From Candidatus Saccharimonas sp. (GTDB lineage: Bacteria; Patescibacteriota; Saccharimonadia; Saccharimonadales; Saccharimonadaceae): a stretch of DNA of 32,000 nucleotides. This document shows, piece after piece, positions 1 through 12,520 of the stretch (positions are counted from its first letter, which is position 1; each line of letters opens with the position of its first letter). The notes below the pieces were generated by a model, which was not told the origin of the DNA, searched no databases, and saw nothing but the letters and a program-made list of their open reading frames with translations. A program made the translations under genes and the position numbers. Location: assembly GCA_015256915.3 (NCBI GenBank), contig CP076101.2, forward strand, positions 480,001-512,000. The letters are read 5' to 3'.

Positions 1-445
1 TATTATAAATTACTGCAATAACTTCAGCATCATAAGAAATACTTAACTTGTCTCGCCCAATCACATCAATATCGCATTGATAAAATTCACGAAAACGACC
101 TCGCTGCGCCCTTTCGCCGCGATAGACTTTACCAATTTGCGAACGTTTAAAAGGAAATTGCAACTGACCAAAATTCTCTGCAACAAATCTTGCAGTAGGT
201 ACAGTTAAATCAAACCGCAAACTTAAATCGTTATCACCTTTCGAAAAACGATAAATCTGTTTCTCAGTCTCACCACCAGCTTTTGCAAGAAGGGTCTCCG
301 TTCGCTCGATTACTGGCGTATCAATCGGAGTAAATCCGAATTTTTCATAATTTTTCTGAATAATTGCCATAATTCGATTAAATTCGAGCTGTTCTTCTGG
401 TAATAACTCCATCATCCCAGGTAATGGTTTTGTATTAATTTTCAT
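1..445 (-). CDS. hisS: histidine--tRNA ligase, N-terminal part (gene runs off the window start)
   Basis: Reverse-strand translation from the ATG at 443-445 reads [26 protein letters not shown]...[16 protein letters not shown]...[25 protein letters not shown]. This is the class II HisRS motif 1/2 region. It is absent from the ORF track because the window edge truncates it. Confidence 0.85.
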   Translation of the reverse strand, partial: MKINTKPLPGMMELLPEEQLEFNRIMAIIQKNYEKFGFTPIDTPVIERTETLLAKAGGETEKQIYRFSKGDNDLSLRFDLTVPTARFVAENFGQLQFPFKRSQIGKVYRGERAQRGRFREFYQCDIDVIGRDKLSISYDAEVIAVIYN

Positions 446-529
446 AATTCCTCAAATTCATTTTAATTGACTATTTAACTAAATGATACCATAAAATAGC
501 GTTTTTTTCAAATTTCAAAAAGGCCATTT

Positions 530-558
530 TTGCAGTTTTTGCACTAAAATGGTAAAAT
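530..558 (+). promoter_or_regulatory. sigma70-type promoter of rarA (leaderless configuration)
   Basis: TTGCAG (530-535), 17 nt spacer ending in TGG, TAAAAT (553-558). Only 6 nt (ATAGAA) separate it from the ATG at 565, and there is no Shine-Dalgarno sequence. Confidence 0.6.
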
Positions 559-564
559 ATAGAA

Positions 565-1770
565 ATGGATTACCAACAAAGAATTCCCCTTGCTGAAAAA
601 ATGAGGCCAAAAAAGCTTGATGAAGTCGTTGGCCAATCTCACCTTATTGGTAAAAATGGAATTTTACGAAAAATAATTGAAAACAAAGAACCTATTAGCT
701 TAATCTTTTGGGGGCCAGCTGGAACTGGCAAAACTACCCTTTCAAGAATTTTGGCGAATGAAGTCAATGCAGACTTTATTGAAATTTCAGCCGTCACTAG
801 TGGCAAAAAAGATATCGAAAAGGTTATTGAACATGCTCGCCAAAACTGGAACCTAGGGACGCGAACAATTCTTTTCGTTGATGAAATTCACCGCTTCAAT
901 AAATCGCAGCAAGATGCTTTTTTGCCGCATATTGAAAGCGGCTTAATAAATTTGATTGGGGCAACAACCGAGAATCCAGGATTCGAAATTATCACGCCGC
1001 TACTTTCAAGAAGTCGAGTCCTGTCGCTCAAGCCTTTAAATACTGAGGAGATTTCAAAAATCATTAAAAATGCACTTGAAAAAGTTTCGCCAAAAACAAA
1101 AATAGATCCAGAAGCACTCAAAATTCTCACTAAAATAAGTAGTGGCGATGCTCGAAATGCACTTGGAAATCTCGAGCTAATTTTAAATTTTGAAAAAAAT
1201 AACATTACACCGGAAGTTATTAAAAATTCAATCGAAAATCCAACCTTAATTTATGATAAAAATGGCGATTCTCATTATGACACAATATCAGCTTTTATTA
1301 AAAGTATGCGAGCCAGTGATGTTGATGCAACTGGCTACTATCTAGCTAAAATGCTAAACGCTGGCGAAGACCCAAAATATATCGCCCGCCGAATGATTAT
1401 TTTTGCAAGTGAGGATATTGGGCTAGCTGGAAATGGCGCCCTTAGTTTAGCAAATTCTGCTTTTGATGCGGTTGAAAAAATAGGAATGCCAGAAGCTAAA
1501 TATAATCTATTCCATGCTGCAATAGCTTTAGCAAAATCTAAAAAATCACGCGAAGCCACCGGAATTATGTATCAATCTTACAACTTAGCCCAAAAAGCTC
1601 CGAACGCCCCTATTCCTTTACACTTAAGAAATTCTACTTCTAAAATTACCGAGGAGCTAGGCTATAATAAGGGATACCAGTGGACGGCAGGTTTCAAGCA
1701 CCCAGAAGATAATCTGCCTAAAGAGGTTCGCGAGCTTATATCATTAGATAAGCAAAATAAAAAATCTTAG
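565..1770 (+). CDS. rarA: replication-associated recombination protein A (AAA+ ATPase, MgsA/RarA)
   Basis: 401 aa. N-terminus MRPKKLDEVVGQSHLIG, Walker A GPAGTGKTT, Walker B LFVDEIHRF, and a C-terminal MgsA-type helical domain (YDTISAFIKSMRASDVDA..YYLARML..GEDP.YIARR). Confidence 0.9.
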   Translation: MDYQQRIPLAEKMRPKKLDEVVGQSHLIGKNGILRKIIENKEPISLIFWGPAGTGKTTLSRILANEVNADFIEISAVTSGKKDIEKVIEHARQNWNLGTRTILFVDEIHRFNKSQQDAFLPHIESGLINLIGATTENPGFEIITPLLSRSRVLSLKPLNTEEISKIIKNALEKVSPKTKIDPEALKILTKISSGDARNALGNLELILNFEKNNITPEVIKNSIENPTLIYDKNGDSHYDTISAFIKSMRASDVDATGYYLAKMLNAGEDPKYIARRMIIFASEDIGLAGNGALSLANSAFDAVEKIGMPEAKYNLFHAAIALAKSKKSREATGIMYQSYNLAQKAPNAPIPLHLRNSTSKITEELGYNKGYQWTAGFKHPEDNLPKEVRELISLDKQNKKS

Positions 1771-1807
1771 ATGGTGAATGGTCACCAGAAATTAAAGAAC
1801 TAACGAA

Positions 1808-2407
1808 ATGACATACAAAAGTAACAGATTAATATTGTTTCTGATATTCACTTTCTACATAATTATTCCGTTTTTATTACTAATTAATCCATTATTTTTT
1901 AAAAATAAATTCATAATTTTAACTATCAGCGGAATTTTAATTTATATTCTACTCAGATTATTAGGTTTCAATAACAGCTCCCTCGGCATCAAACCGGCAA
2001 AGACCACACAGTCAATTCGAGATATTTCAGCGATAACACTTATTCTTATAGTTGTTGGAATTATTTTATCCAGCTTTAAAATATCAAGATTCCAGCCAAG
2101 CGAAACTTTGTCTTTTTACTTATTTTATATTTTTATATCTTCGCCTATTCAAGAATTTCTTTACAGGGGAGTATTAACGAGCATTTTACAACAAATAAAT
2201 TTTCGAAAATTTTCAATCATCTTGACTTCATCGATTTTATATAGCTTAGCGCATTTAGGCTATAAAGATCTCATAACCTGCATATTAACATTTCTAATTG
2301 GTCTATTGTGGCATCAAAAATATCTCAAAACCAAGAACCTCACTGGAGTAATCATTAGCCATGCAATCTTAGGAGTTATCACAATTTTTATTGGGATCAT
2401 TGATTAG
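1808..2407 (+). CDS. CPBP family intramembrane glutamic endopeptidase (CAAX protease-like)
   Basis: 199 aa polytopic membrane protein with the CPBP motifs EFLYRG, SLAHL and SHAILG. Confidence 0.8.
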   Translation: MTYKSNRLILFLIFTFYIIIPFLLLINPLFFKNKFIILTISGILIYILLRLLGFNNSSLGIKPAKTTQSIRDISAITLILIVVGIILSSFKISRFQPSETLSFYLFYIFISSPIQEFLYRGVLTSILQQINFRKFSIILTSSILYSLAHLGYKDLITCILTFLIGLLWHQKYLKTKNLTGVIISHAILGVITIFIGIID

Positions 2408-3852
2408 TCAGTTTCTGGTAAAATATTTTCAAGCCAAAGTTTAATTTCTTCTAAAATATATTCTTCTTGTGAGTTTAAATTTTGGTTATTTGCAATCTCT
2501 TGGAATTCTTTCATAAAATTGGGCATCATTTTTTGTAAATTTTCTACCCGATACTCTTCCCAAAGCTCTTTTTCTTGAGAACTTAAACTTTTCGGAAAAT
2601 TCCTTGCTTTATAATGAAGAAGTAGATCCGTCAATCGTTCGTCAGCAAAATCTGGATGAAAATCAGCAAGCTCACGATCAGTTGAATTTCGAACAGCTTC
2701 AATTTTAATATCATCACTTCTTGAAACAAAACCTTCAAAAAGCCGAGCTTCTGGAGCTGTTTTTTCTGCACTACTCTTATTTTGAAAGACTTCACTTCGC
2801 CTTTCAAAAGCAGATCTAAGGTTTTCAGCAAAGTGCGGATTATTTCGTAAAATGTCTAAATTTTTTTGAATTTCAGCTAAATTAATCTTCAATCTTTGCT
2901 GGTCCTCATCAGTCAAAACGCCCATTGGCGCAACTGCTGGACATTTATTATACTGCAAAATCTTTGCTGCAACAGGTTCGAAATCATCACTCGAACGTGT
3001 TTCGAAATCTGCCGTAATATTTTCAAGAATTTGATCCTCACTCCAATCAATAAATTTTTCAGGAGAAAACCGCAAATCCCAAACAATTACATTTTGATTT
3101 TTAGCCGGCGCAATAGGAAACGCTACGGTAGTTTTTTCAAACTCAACTTTAAATCGGCCAGAAGTATAAACAAATGGTTTCGGATTCTCAAGATTAACTA
3201 GTTTTTGCACTTCATTCTTTGAACGAATTTTAAAGAGATAATCAAAAATCTGCGGCTGTTTTTCTTTCAAGAGTCGTGCAACATCTATCAAACCATCAAC
3301 ATCACTCATTGCATCATGAGCATTCTCATGCAAGATTCCGTTTTCTTTAGTTAAAAGCTCAAGCTTATTAGCCGCAAATTTTTCACCAGTTTCTTCATTT
3401 ATAATAAACGGCCAATTAATACCTTCCGGACGAAGAGCGCGAATCATTCGCACAACATCAAGTAAATCCCAACGCGAGCGACCATCTTTCCACTGCCAAT
3501 CATATGGTGGGTAGAAATTTCGCCACAAAAGATGCTGAATATGAACATCGTCAAATCGAACATTATTATATCCGACAATCACTGTATCTGGCGTAAAATA
3601 TTCTTCAACGAGCATTTTCGAAAATTCAGCCTCAGTATAGCCTTCTTCAACTGTTTTTTGTGGGCTAATTTTTGTAACCATTAATGCACTCGGGCTTGGC
3701 AAAACATCATCATTCAATCTAACTAAAATATTAATAGGCTCACCAATTCGATTAAGGTTTTCATCTGTTCGCTGCCCTGCAAATTGCATAATTCGGTCGT
3801 TTTGCGGACTAAATCCACTGGTCTCTAAATCATAAAAAAAGAAAGTCTTCAT
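2404..3852 (-). CDS. sbcB: exodeoxyribonuclease I
   Basis: 482 aa. N-terminal DEDDh exonuclease motif FFFYDLETSGFSPQNDRIMQFAGQRTD, then H..HDAMSDV, with the length and C-terminal domains typical of ExoI. Its stop overlaps the convergent CPBP stop by 4 nt. Confidence 0.85.
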   Translation of the reverse strand: MKTFFFYDLETSGFSPQNDRIMQFAGQRTDENLNRIGEPINILVRLNDDVLPSPSALMVTKISPQKTVEEGYTEAEFSKMLVEEYFTPDTVIVGYNNVRFDDVHIQHLLWRNFYPPYDWQWKDGRSRWDLLDVVRMIRALRPEGINWPFIINEETGEKFAANKLELLTKENGILHENAHDAMSDVDGLIDVARLLKEKQPQIFDYLFKIRSKNEVQKLVNLENPKPFVYTSGRFKVEFEKTTVAFPIAPAKNQNVIVWDLRFSPEKFIDWSEDQILENITADFETRSSDDFEPVAAKILQYNKCPAVAPMGVLTDEDQQRLKINLAEIQKNLDILRNNPHFAENLRSAFERRSEVFQNKSSAEKTAPEARLFEGFVSRSDDIKIEAVRNSTDRELADFHPDFADERLTDLLLHYKARNFPKSLSSQEKELWEEYRVENLQKMMPNFMKEFQEIANNQNLNSQEEYILEEIKLWLENILPETD

Positions 3853-3858
3853 GGTTAT

Positions 3859-3887
3859 ATTTTACTCTATCTCTCCATTTTTTTCAA
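3859..3887 (-). promoter_or_regulatory. sigma70-type promoter of sbcB (leaderless configuration)
   Basis: On the minus strand: TTGAAA (3887-3882), 17 nt, TAAAAT (3864-3859), 6 nt (ATAACC), ATG at 3852. Confidence 0.55.
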
Positions 3888-4029
3888 TTTTCTTTACTTT
3901 TTAGTAATCTTACCTTACAATTATATCATACCGGTGATTATGAATACTAAATACCTTGACATGGATGTAACACAAATATTAAACCCATAAACTATGTCAC
4001 TTATGGCGTCTTATTCAGGAAAGGATTTT

Positions 4030-6603
<2,574 letters not shown>

Positions 6604-6612
6604 TTAAATATT

Positions 6613-7674
6613 TTAGTGTATATAGTTCGAAACACTACTTGCAGGTACTGTTCGAGTTGTTACAACATTTAGTTTTCCAGCATAATTCATATCTGAAACA
6701 GTGATTGTTCCATCAGAATTCACAGATTCAACAATAGCAACATGTCCGTAACCCCAGATGTATGAGTTTGCGTAAGCATTCCACTGAGCAATTGCACCTA
6801 CAGATGGATTTTGGTCAACTTTATATCCAGCAGCTCTAGCACTAACCGCCCAAGTTGAAGCATTACCCCAGAAACTTCCGATATCTGGACGGCGATTATA
6901 TGCATACCAAGTACAGTTTCCCCAGGCATAAGCATTTCCAGCTTTGACATTGTAATTAGAAGATAGAGATACTGGCGATACATTCACAGAACTAGAAGAT
7001 TTTCGAGAATTTGAAGTTGTAGAAGTTGAGAAAACCTTAGATTTAGGATTATAATCTGGTCGCTCTTCTTCAGGCAAGATACCACCAGGAATTACAATCT
7101 CAACGCCTTCTTTAGGCTCTTCGCCATCTTTAAGCTTATTATAAGAAATCAATCTCTCTAAATTGGCTTGGTATTTTTCTGCTACAGATTTAATACTATC
7201 GCCAGATTTAAATCGATAAACAATTCCATCTACAGGCAGAATCCTTAGTTCTTTATTAGCCTCAACTTTATCACCCTTCAAGCTATTAACCCATTTAATA
7301 GTTTGAGCAGTTATGCCATATTTATCAGCAATAGCTTGAATAATCTCTTCTGAAGTTGTAGTGTATTTAATGATTTCACGTTTTTCAGAAGAAACCTCAA
7401 GAACTTTAGGCTTTTCAACAGAAGCAGCAGCTTGAGGTGAATCCTGAAGTATCGCAGTAGATGTTGAAAGACTCGCTACAGAAGATGCGATTGCTAAATC
7501 AGCAGACTCCGCAAGATTAGCAACAACACCAGACTCCGTAACTTTGTCTGCTACAGAATATTTCTCATTACTATTTTGAGTATTTTCAACAGATTTTGAA
7601 TTAATTTGATTATTTAGCTCAGTCGATTTTTTAATATCTGGCTGACTACCCCCAAATACAGCAATCATAACCAC
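6613..7674 (-). CDS. secreted peptidoglycan hydrolase with two LysM repeats and a C-terminal CHAP domain
   Basis: LysM-like repeats (YTTTSEEIIQAIADKYGITAQTIKWVNSL and YRFKSGDSIKSVAEKYQANLERLISYNKL). CHAP catalytic Cys/His context (GNCTWYAYNRR ... GHVAIVESV). The 5' end is uncertain: 7674 is a GTG inside a hydrophobic segment (see findings). Confidence 0.8.
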   Translation of the reverse strand: MVMIAVFGGSQPDIKKSTELNNQINSKSVENTQNSNEKYSVADKVTESGVVANLAESADLAIASSVASLSTSTAILQDSPQAAASVEKPKVLEVSSEKREIIKYTTTSEEIIQAIADKYGITAQTIKWVNSLKGDKVEANKELRILPVDGIVYRFKSGDSIKSVAEKYQANLERLISYNKLKDGEEPKEGVEIVIPGGILPEEERPDYNPKSKVFSTSTTSNSRKSSSSVNVSPVSLSSNYNVKAGNAYAWGNCTWYAYNRRPDIGSFWGNASTWAVSARAAGYKVDQNPSVGAIAQWNAYANSYIWGYGHVAIVESVNSDGTITVSDMNYAGKLNVVTTRTVPASSVSNYIH

Positions 7675-8011
7675 AATAATAAAAATAGAAGAATAAACAA
7701 CAGTTGATTTTAAACTTAGTATATTAATTATCTTTAGAAAAGTGGAATCAGAAACTTTATTATTTCTATTCTGTATGATTTCAATCTTAGGAGATTTAAC
7801 TCCTTGTTTTTGACTACAAATAATTTTTCTCCCGCAAACACATTACTGTGATGCACTACCTTAATAATACCCTTTCTTTTCGAAAATTAGCATAATGTCG
7901 ACCTTTTTAATTAATATTATAGAGTTAAACGAATGCTATAAAGTATTTTCTGGTAGGTGCCTTAATATAAAAATACACAAAACATCATTTTTATATTAAT
8001 TTACATATAAA

Positions 8012-8040
8012 ATTCTATCAAATATTAATGAAATTGTCAA
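8012..8040 (-). promoter_or_regulatory. candidate promoter upstream of the LysM/CHAP gene
   Basis: On the minus strand: TTGACA (8040-8035), 17 nt, TAGAAT (8017-8012). This would give a leader of about 330 nt before 7674. Confidence 0.45.
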
Positions 8041-8046
8041 GCTTAA

Positions 8047-9216
8047 TTATAAAATCAAGCACTTTTTTGCACAATATTTTTTAATATTATTTTGATGCTC
8101 TATATCTGTTCTACCGTAATAAGTCTTATCATCATCTCCACTCAAAAAGAATAAATAATTATGCTCAGCCGGAGAAGCTGTTGCCTTAAGAGTAGACAGC
8201 CCCGGTGTTGCAATTGGAGTAGGTGTTAAACCTTTATATTTTCGAAGATTATAAGGGCTATCTAAATTTGGAGTTCTTTCAACTCCTATTTTATCCGCGA
8301 TATATTGATATGTCACATCTGAGCCAAGCGTCATCCCAGCTTTCATTCTATTATAGAAAACACCTGCAACTTTTTGTTGATCTTCGAAATCGCTCAAGGT
8401 TTCTTTTTGAACAATTGAAGAAAGTGTGATTCCTTCATATAAACTCAAACCTTTTTGTTTGAATTTATTCTCAAGGTTTAATTCTTTAATTTTAGCTTCA
8501 AAGTCTGCAAAATATCTCCGCAAAATATTTTCAACTCTTGTGCCTTTCTTAAAATTATGAGTTTGTCCATAAAGAAAACCTTCAAGATCCGTATTTTTTG
8601 GCTTACCAGAGAAAAGAGTTGGAAATTCTCCAGAATAATCTTTCGAAAAAGCATCATCAATTTCATTTTTCGAATAGCCAGCTTTCAAAAGAGCGTTTTT
8701 GGCCATTTTTACCGTTCCACCAGGTAAAAAGGTAATATTGAAACTATCAACAGCTTGGCCTTTATTTAAAATATCCAAAACCTCAGGAATTGTCATGCTT
8801 GAAGATAACTGATAACTACCAGCTAAAATATTTCGCTTATTATTCATTCGTGCATAAAAAATAAATGAGTTTTTAGAAATAATTATTTTTTTATCAGCCA
8901 ATTTCTGAGCAATTAAATCTAAAGATTCGCCCTTGCTAATATTGAAGTTAACTTTTTTAGAATCGTTAGTTTTATAATTTATTGCGCTATTATAGCTTAA
9001 GAATAAAATTCCACAAAAAGAAATAAAACAAAACAATAAAACCGTAAAAATAACTAAAATCCTCTTTTGAAAAACTCTTTTTTTATTATTTTTTACATCC
9101 AAGATAACAGCAGCTTCTCTTTCACGCTTAGATATTTCCTCAATAGCTCTTTCAGCACGATCTTCTATTAGCTCCCGATCATCTCTATTTACTGGCGGTT
9201 TTGTAATTTCATCCAT
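8047..9216 (-). CDS. mltG: endolytic murein transglycosylase MltG (YceG family)
   Basis: 389 aa. N-terminal TM anchor, a LysM-like domain, and the YceG signature region QKVAGVFYNRMKAGMTLGSDVTYQY. Its start overlaps the ruvX stop (TAATG). Confidence 0.85.
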   Translation of the reverse strand: MDEITKPPVNRDDRELIEDRAERAIEEISKREREAAVILDVKNNKKRVFQKRILVIFTVLLFCFISFCGILFLSYNSAINYKTNDSKKVNFNISKGESLDLIAQKLADKKIIISKNSFIFYARMNNKRNILAGSYQLSSSMTIPEVLDILNKGQAVDSFNITFLPGGTVKMAKNALLKAGYSKNEIDDAFSKDYSGEFPTLFSGKPKNTDLEGFLYGQTHNFKKGTRVENILRRYFADFEAKIKELNLENKFKQKGLSLYEGITLSSIVQKETLSDFEDQQKVAGVFYNRMKAGMTLGSDVTYQYIADKIGVERTPNLDSPYNLRKYKGLTPTPIATPGLSTLKATASPAEHNYLFFLSGDDDKTYYGRTDIEHQNNIKKYCAKKCLIL

Positions 9217-9632
9217 TAAAAATTCTCCTCCAAATAATCTTGTAAAATAATTGAAGCCGCATTCATATCAATATCACCTTTTGAATATGGCTTTCCATAG
9301 CTTTTTAGCCTGTCCTCAGCCTGAATACTCGTCAAGCTTTCATCTTGAAAACAAATTTTATCGACTGAATATTCAAAATTTTTTACAAATTCTTTGGTAT
9401 AAGCAGTTTGCGAAGTCTCTTCACCACTCTGATTTCGTGGCAGCCCAACCACAAGAACGTCGATTTCTTCTTTCGAAATTATCTCAATAATTTGTTTTAT
9501 TGCAGAATCTATATCATTATTAATTTCAACAGTAGTAAATGGTATTGCTATTTTAATAAAGGAGTCAGCCAAAGCAATACCAATCCTCTTAGTACCAACA
9601 TCAAGCGCCATTAACTTTAAAGATTTCATCAT
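9216..9632 (-). CDS. ruvX: putative pre-16S rRNA nuclease / Holliday junction resolvase-like YqgF
   Basis: 138 aa. LMALDVGTKRIGIALAD N-terminus and VVGLPRNQSGEE, typical of YqgF/RuvX. Its ATG overlaps the upstream stop (ATGA). Confidence 0.85.
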   Translation of the reverse strand: MMKSLKLMALDVGTKRIGIALADSFIKIAIPFTTVEINNDIDSAIKQIIEIISKEEIDVLVVGLPRNQSGEETSQTAYTKEFVKNFEYSVDKICFQDESLTSIQAEDRLKSYGKPYSKGDIDMNAASIILQDYLEENF

Positions 9633-11239
9633 TTATCAACCGTAAACTTGATATTAATTTTTTTATCATCGTTCGGTACAGTATTTACCCAAAAGAATGA
9701 AAACTTCACATCAACATTTTTTACACCCTCTTTTGCTTCAATTAAGCTTCGGACTTCACCAGATTTTTTACCCTTAATTTTATCTTTCAGATTATCTATA
9801 TCAATAACTGGGCCAATTTTTACATTTGATGAAATTTCTACACTATTACCACTAAATTTCGAAAATGAGACATCTTTCAAGCCATAATCATAAATTTTTT
9901 GATTATTTAAATCACCAATTTTATTTTTAGCAAGAGAAGAGATAATTCTTTCAATACTTCTATTCTCAATTGCTAAGATTGAATATAGATAAGTTGCTTT
10001 TAGTGTAGCCTTACCGTTTGGAGCCTCTTGATTGACGGCAACGGAAGAAGAAATCTCACCCTCTTTCACAGAGAAACTATCGTTTAATACAGTATAATCT
10101 GAGCTGAATTTAGCTTTTAGAGAACTCTTAATAGAATCCATATTTTCTGTATTGATTTTAGCTTTTGCTGCATTTATGTCATTTTGAGAAACAACTTTTA
10201 AAGTTTTTTTCGAACCACCTGAAAGCTGACCACCACTTGCCGAAATACCTTTAATTGACGAAACATATTCTTGCGCCGATAGATTACATTGCTCGCCAAT
10301 AGTCGTCGCCTTAATTTTAACACTTGCTTTTCCATTGGAAATCACACCGCCTTTAATTTTTACTCCTGGAATAGTAACAGATGAGGTTGTAATAAAATTA
10401 CATTGCCCAGCCGAAAATGCAGAACCTTGCGCCACGGTAATAGGATCACTATCACCACTTTGAGAAAGATTTAAAGTTCCTGAAGCTGCCTCACCCTCTT
10501 CACGAGTTCCAGTAGCTTCAAAAGTAATTTCATGATTTTTTTCAATAGTTTCAGTTTTTGAAAGTAACGAATTTTCACTTGTGCTATTAGAAATCGAAGC
10601 AACACCTTTTACGTTGGTAGTCGAGGTTTTTGCAGCAATCGTGATATCCGCAAATGGAGCAAAGAATATCGCCCAAATCATAAATACTAAAAATACAGAA
10701 AATACCCCACCAATAATGAGAATTTTTTTTCGAAACTTTGAAAAATCTGGAACTTTCAATCCTTTTCTGGATTTATTAGTCTTCTCTTTTTTAAGCTCTG
10801 GATTAATCTTGTTAAAATTCTTGTTATCATCAATATCAATTCCTTCAAGAATTTCAGCCTCCTTCTCATCGGAAGTTGGGCCGCTAAATTCCGAAATTGG
10901 CAAGCTTTCACCATCAATAACATCATCTCCTTCAACTTCTAAAATATCAATTTCTGGTATCTCTGGCTTACTTTGAAGGGTTTTCGAAACTGGAATTTTT
11001 ACCGCTGCCGACATAGTCTTTAATGCAGAATTATTAGTAATAAAAACAATTTTCTTATCATTTTTTTGTGCAGCTCGAGAAAGCAAGCGAATATTTACAG
11101 CACTCCTAAAAATACCCAAACTTTTTGGCGGGACAATTGCAATAATTCTCTCTTTCGAAGATTTTATTTTATTAACAACATCAGTAATATCATCTTCAAC
11201 GTCAACATAGATTACATCTTTTTTAACTTTTTCACTCAT
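9629..11239 (-). CDS. hypothetical bitopic membrane protein (cytoplasmic N-domain, one TM helix, roughly 340 aa Ser/Thr/Gly-rich beta-type ectodomain)
   Basis: 536 aa ORF with an AAGAGG Shine-Dalgarno 6 nt before the ATG. TM segment ILIIGGVFSVFLVFMIWAIFFAPF. Translationally coupled to ruvX. I cannot assign a family from sequence alone. Confidence 0.7.
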   Translation of the reverse strand: MSEKVKKDVIYVDVEDDITDVVNKIKSSKERIIAIVPPKSLGIFRSAVNIRLLSRAAQKNDKKIVFITNNSALKTMSAAVKIPVSKTLQSKPEIPEIDILEVEGDDVIDGESLPISEFSGPTSDEKEAEILEGIDIDDNKNFNKINPELKKEKTNKSRKGLKVPDFSKFRKKILIIGGVFSVFLVFMIWAIFFAPFADITIAAKTSTTNVKGVASISNSTSENSLLSKTETIEKNHEITFEATGTREEGEAASGTLNLSQSGDSDPITVAQGSAFSAGQCNFITTSSVTIPGVKIKGGVISNGKASVKIKATTIGEQCNLSAQEYVSSIKGISASGGQLSGGSKKTLKVVSQNDINAAKAKINTENMDSIKSSLKAKFSSDYTVLNDSFSVKEGEISSSVAVNQEAPNGKATLKATYLYSILAIENRSIERIISSLAKNKIGDLNNQKIYDYGLKDVSFSKFSGNSVEISSNVKIGPVIDIDNLKDKIKGKKSGEVRSLIEAKEGVKNVDVKFSFFWVNTVPNDDKKINIKFTVDK

Positions 11240-11251
11240 ATCTTACCTCTT

Positions 11252-12511
11252 TTAAGCTCGTAAAATCCTGTTTAGTTTATCACGAAAACTCTCGCTAGCA
11301 TTTTCATCAGTACTGTAAGTATCATATCCGACCCGTAAAAGCCCCATTGCTGTAATAAATGTATGGTCGTTAATTTTTCCAGATTCATCAATAACTCCCG
11401 AAACTTCAGAAGGCTTAATATGCTTTACTATAGGCTTTTTATTGAACGGTAATTCCTGCCACCAATCATCATCTTCCAATCTTTCAACAAGAGAATTTAA
11501 GCTTGAGCCACCACCACATAATAAAATCTTACTTGGCAAATAATCAACATTTTCAAAATCACTTAAAGCTAGTTCAACACCAGAGATCCAAACGTCCAAA
11601 GTATTGTCAATTGCATCAATCGCCTGCTTTGCAATGGTAGACTTGAGTTTTTCATTCGAAAGGTTTATCTTTAGTTTTTCAGCGTTCTTGTAAGACAATG
11701 AGAGTTCGTTCGCAATTTGATTTGTAAAACTTCGACCACCAATTCCGAACATTTTAGTTCCTTCAACACCACCATCATTCACGACAGCAATATCAGTTGT
11801 TCCACCACCAACATCAGCTAAAATTGCAGTAAAATTACTTGAAGAATCTGAACCAACAACACTTCTAGCAACCGCAAAAGGTTCAGCCGCTACCGCAATT
11901 AAATCAAGCGCAAGTTCATTCGCAACACGCTCAATAGCACCAATATGAACAGTTGGTGCAAAAGCTGTATAAATTTGAATTGAAACATCTTTCCCCTGAA
12001 AACCGATCGGATTTGAAACCTTATAGCCATCGATATGGATCCCAACAATCGCTGAATTAACAAGCTTAATTTCAGCTTCTTGATTTCCCGTCTCAAGAGC
12101 AATCTCTCTTTGAGCTTTAAGCTGAGCTCTTTCTTGAATTTTATCAATAATAAATTCCATTTCAGCTTCATCAAGAGGGCGATTTGGCTGCGGACGACGA
12201 TATTTAATTGTATTTGTCGCCCCTTTAACCAACTCGCCAGCAATTCCGATTACTGCTTTTTTGGCTTGAATCTCCGCTTGGTCTTCGGCCTCAATCAAAG
12301 CATTCTCACAATTTTGAACAACACTAGCAATATCAGCAATCGCACCCGAATGCATATCCGCCACATTCTGCCGTGCACGCCCAACACCAATAACACGAAT
12401 TTCATCACCATCAATTTCAGCTACAAGAGCCTTCACGAATTCAGTTCCAATATCAAGGGCAACGATATGATTATCGCTTAAATCTTCTTTTTGTTTATTA
12501 TTGAATAACAT
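11252..12511 (-). CDS. ftsA: FtsA-like actin-family ATPase (cell division protein FtsA homologue)
   Basis: 419 aa. Phosphate-1 motif VALDIGTEFVKALV, phosphate-2 ADVGGGTTDIAVV, GIGGRSFTNQIA, LLCGGGSSL, and a C-terminal amphipathic tail SFRDKLNRILRA like the FtsA membrane-targeting helix. The symbol is tentative. PilM-like or other actin homologues are not excluded. Confidence 0.7.
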   Translation of the reverse strand: MLFNNKQKEDLSDNHIVALDIGTEFVKALVAEIDGDEIRVIGVGRARQNVADMHSGAIADIASVVQNCENALIEAEDQAEIQAKKAVIGIAGELVKGATNTIKYRRPQPNRPLDEAEMEFIIDKIQERAQLKAQREIALETGNQEAEIKLVNSAIVGIHIDGYKVSNPIGFQGKDVSIQIYTAFAPTVHIGAIERVANELALDLIAVAAEPFAVARSVVGSDSSSNFTAILADVGGGTTDIAVVNDGGVEGTKMFGIGGRSFTNQIANELSLSYKNAEKLKINLSNEKLKSTIAKQAIDAIDNTLDVWISGVELALSDFENVDYLPSKILLCGGGSSLNSLVERLEDDDWWQELPFNKKPIVKHIKPSEVSGVIDESGKINDHTFITAMGLLRVGYDTYSTDENASESFRDKLNRILRA

Positions 12512-12520
12512 ACTAACACT

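Noticed and set aside
446-564. T-box leaders upstream of hisS (446-520) and alaS (14476-14577).
   Set aside because: The predicted leaders are about 45 nt for hisS and essentially 0 nt for alaS. That is far too short for a T-box, and no specifier or terminator-antiterminator structure is visible.
7776-7896. An in-frame ATG at 7892-7890 that could extend the CHAP ORF, if two TAA codons were read through or recoded.
   Set aside because: It requires suppression of two TAA stops (7862-7860 and 7844-7842). Nothing else in the window suggests TAA recoding. An in-frame ATG has a 1 in 3 chance of occurring by coincidence.
7675-8010. A cyclic-di-AMP (ydaO-type) riboswitch, which often precedes LysM/NlpC-P60/CHAP wall hydrolase genes.
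   Set aside because: I could not find the conserved G-rich ydaO cores in the minus-strand leader (ACGGGG and GGGGA-type elements, pseudo-symmetric helices). Only short pairings compatible with chance are present. An Infernal scan would settle it.
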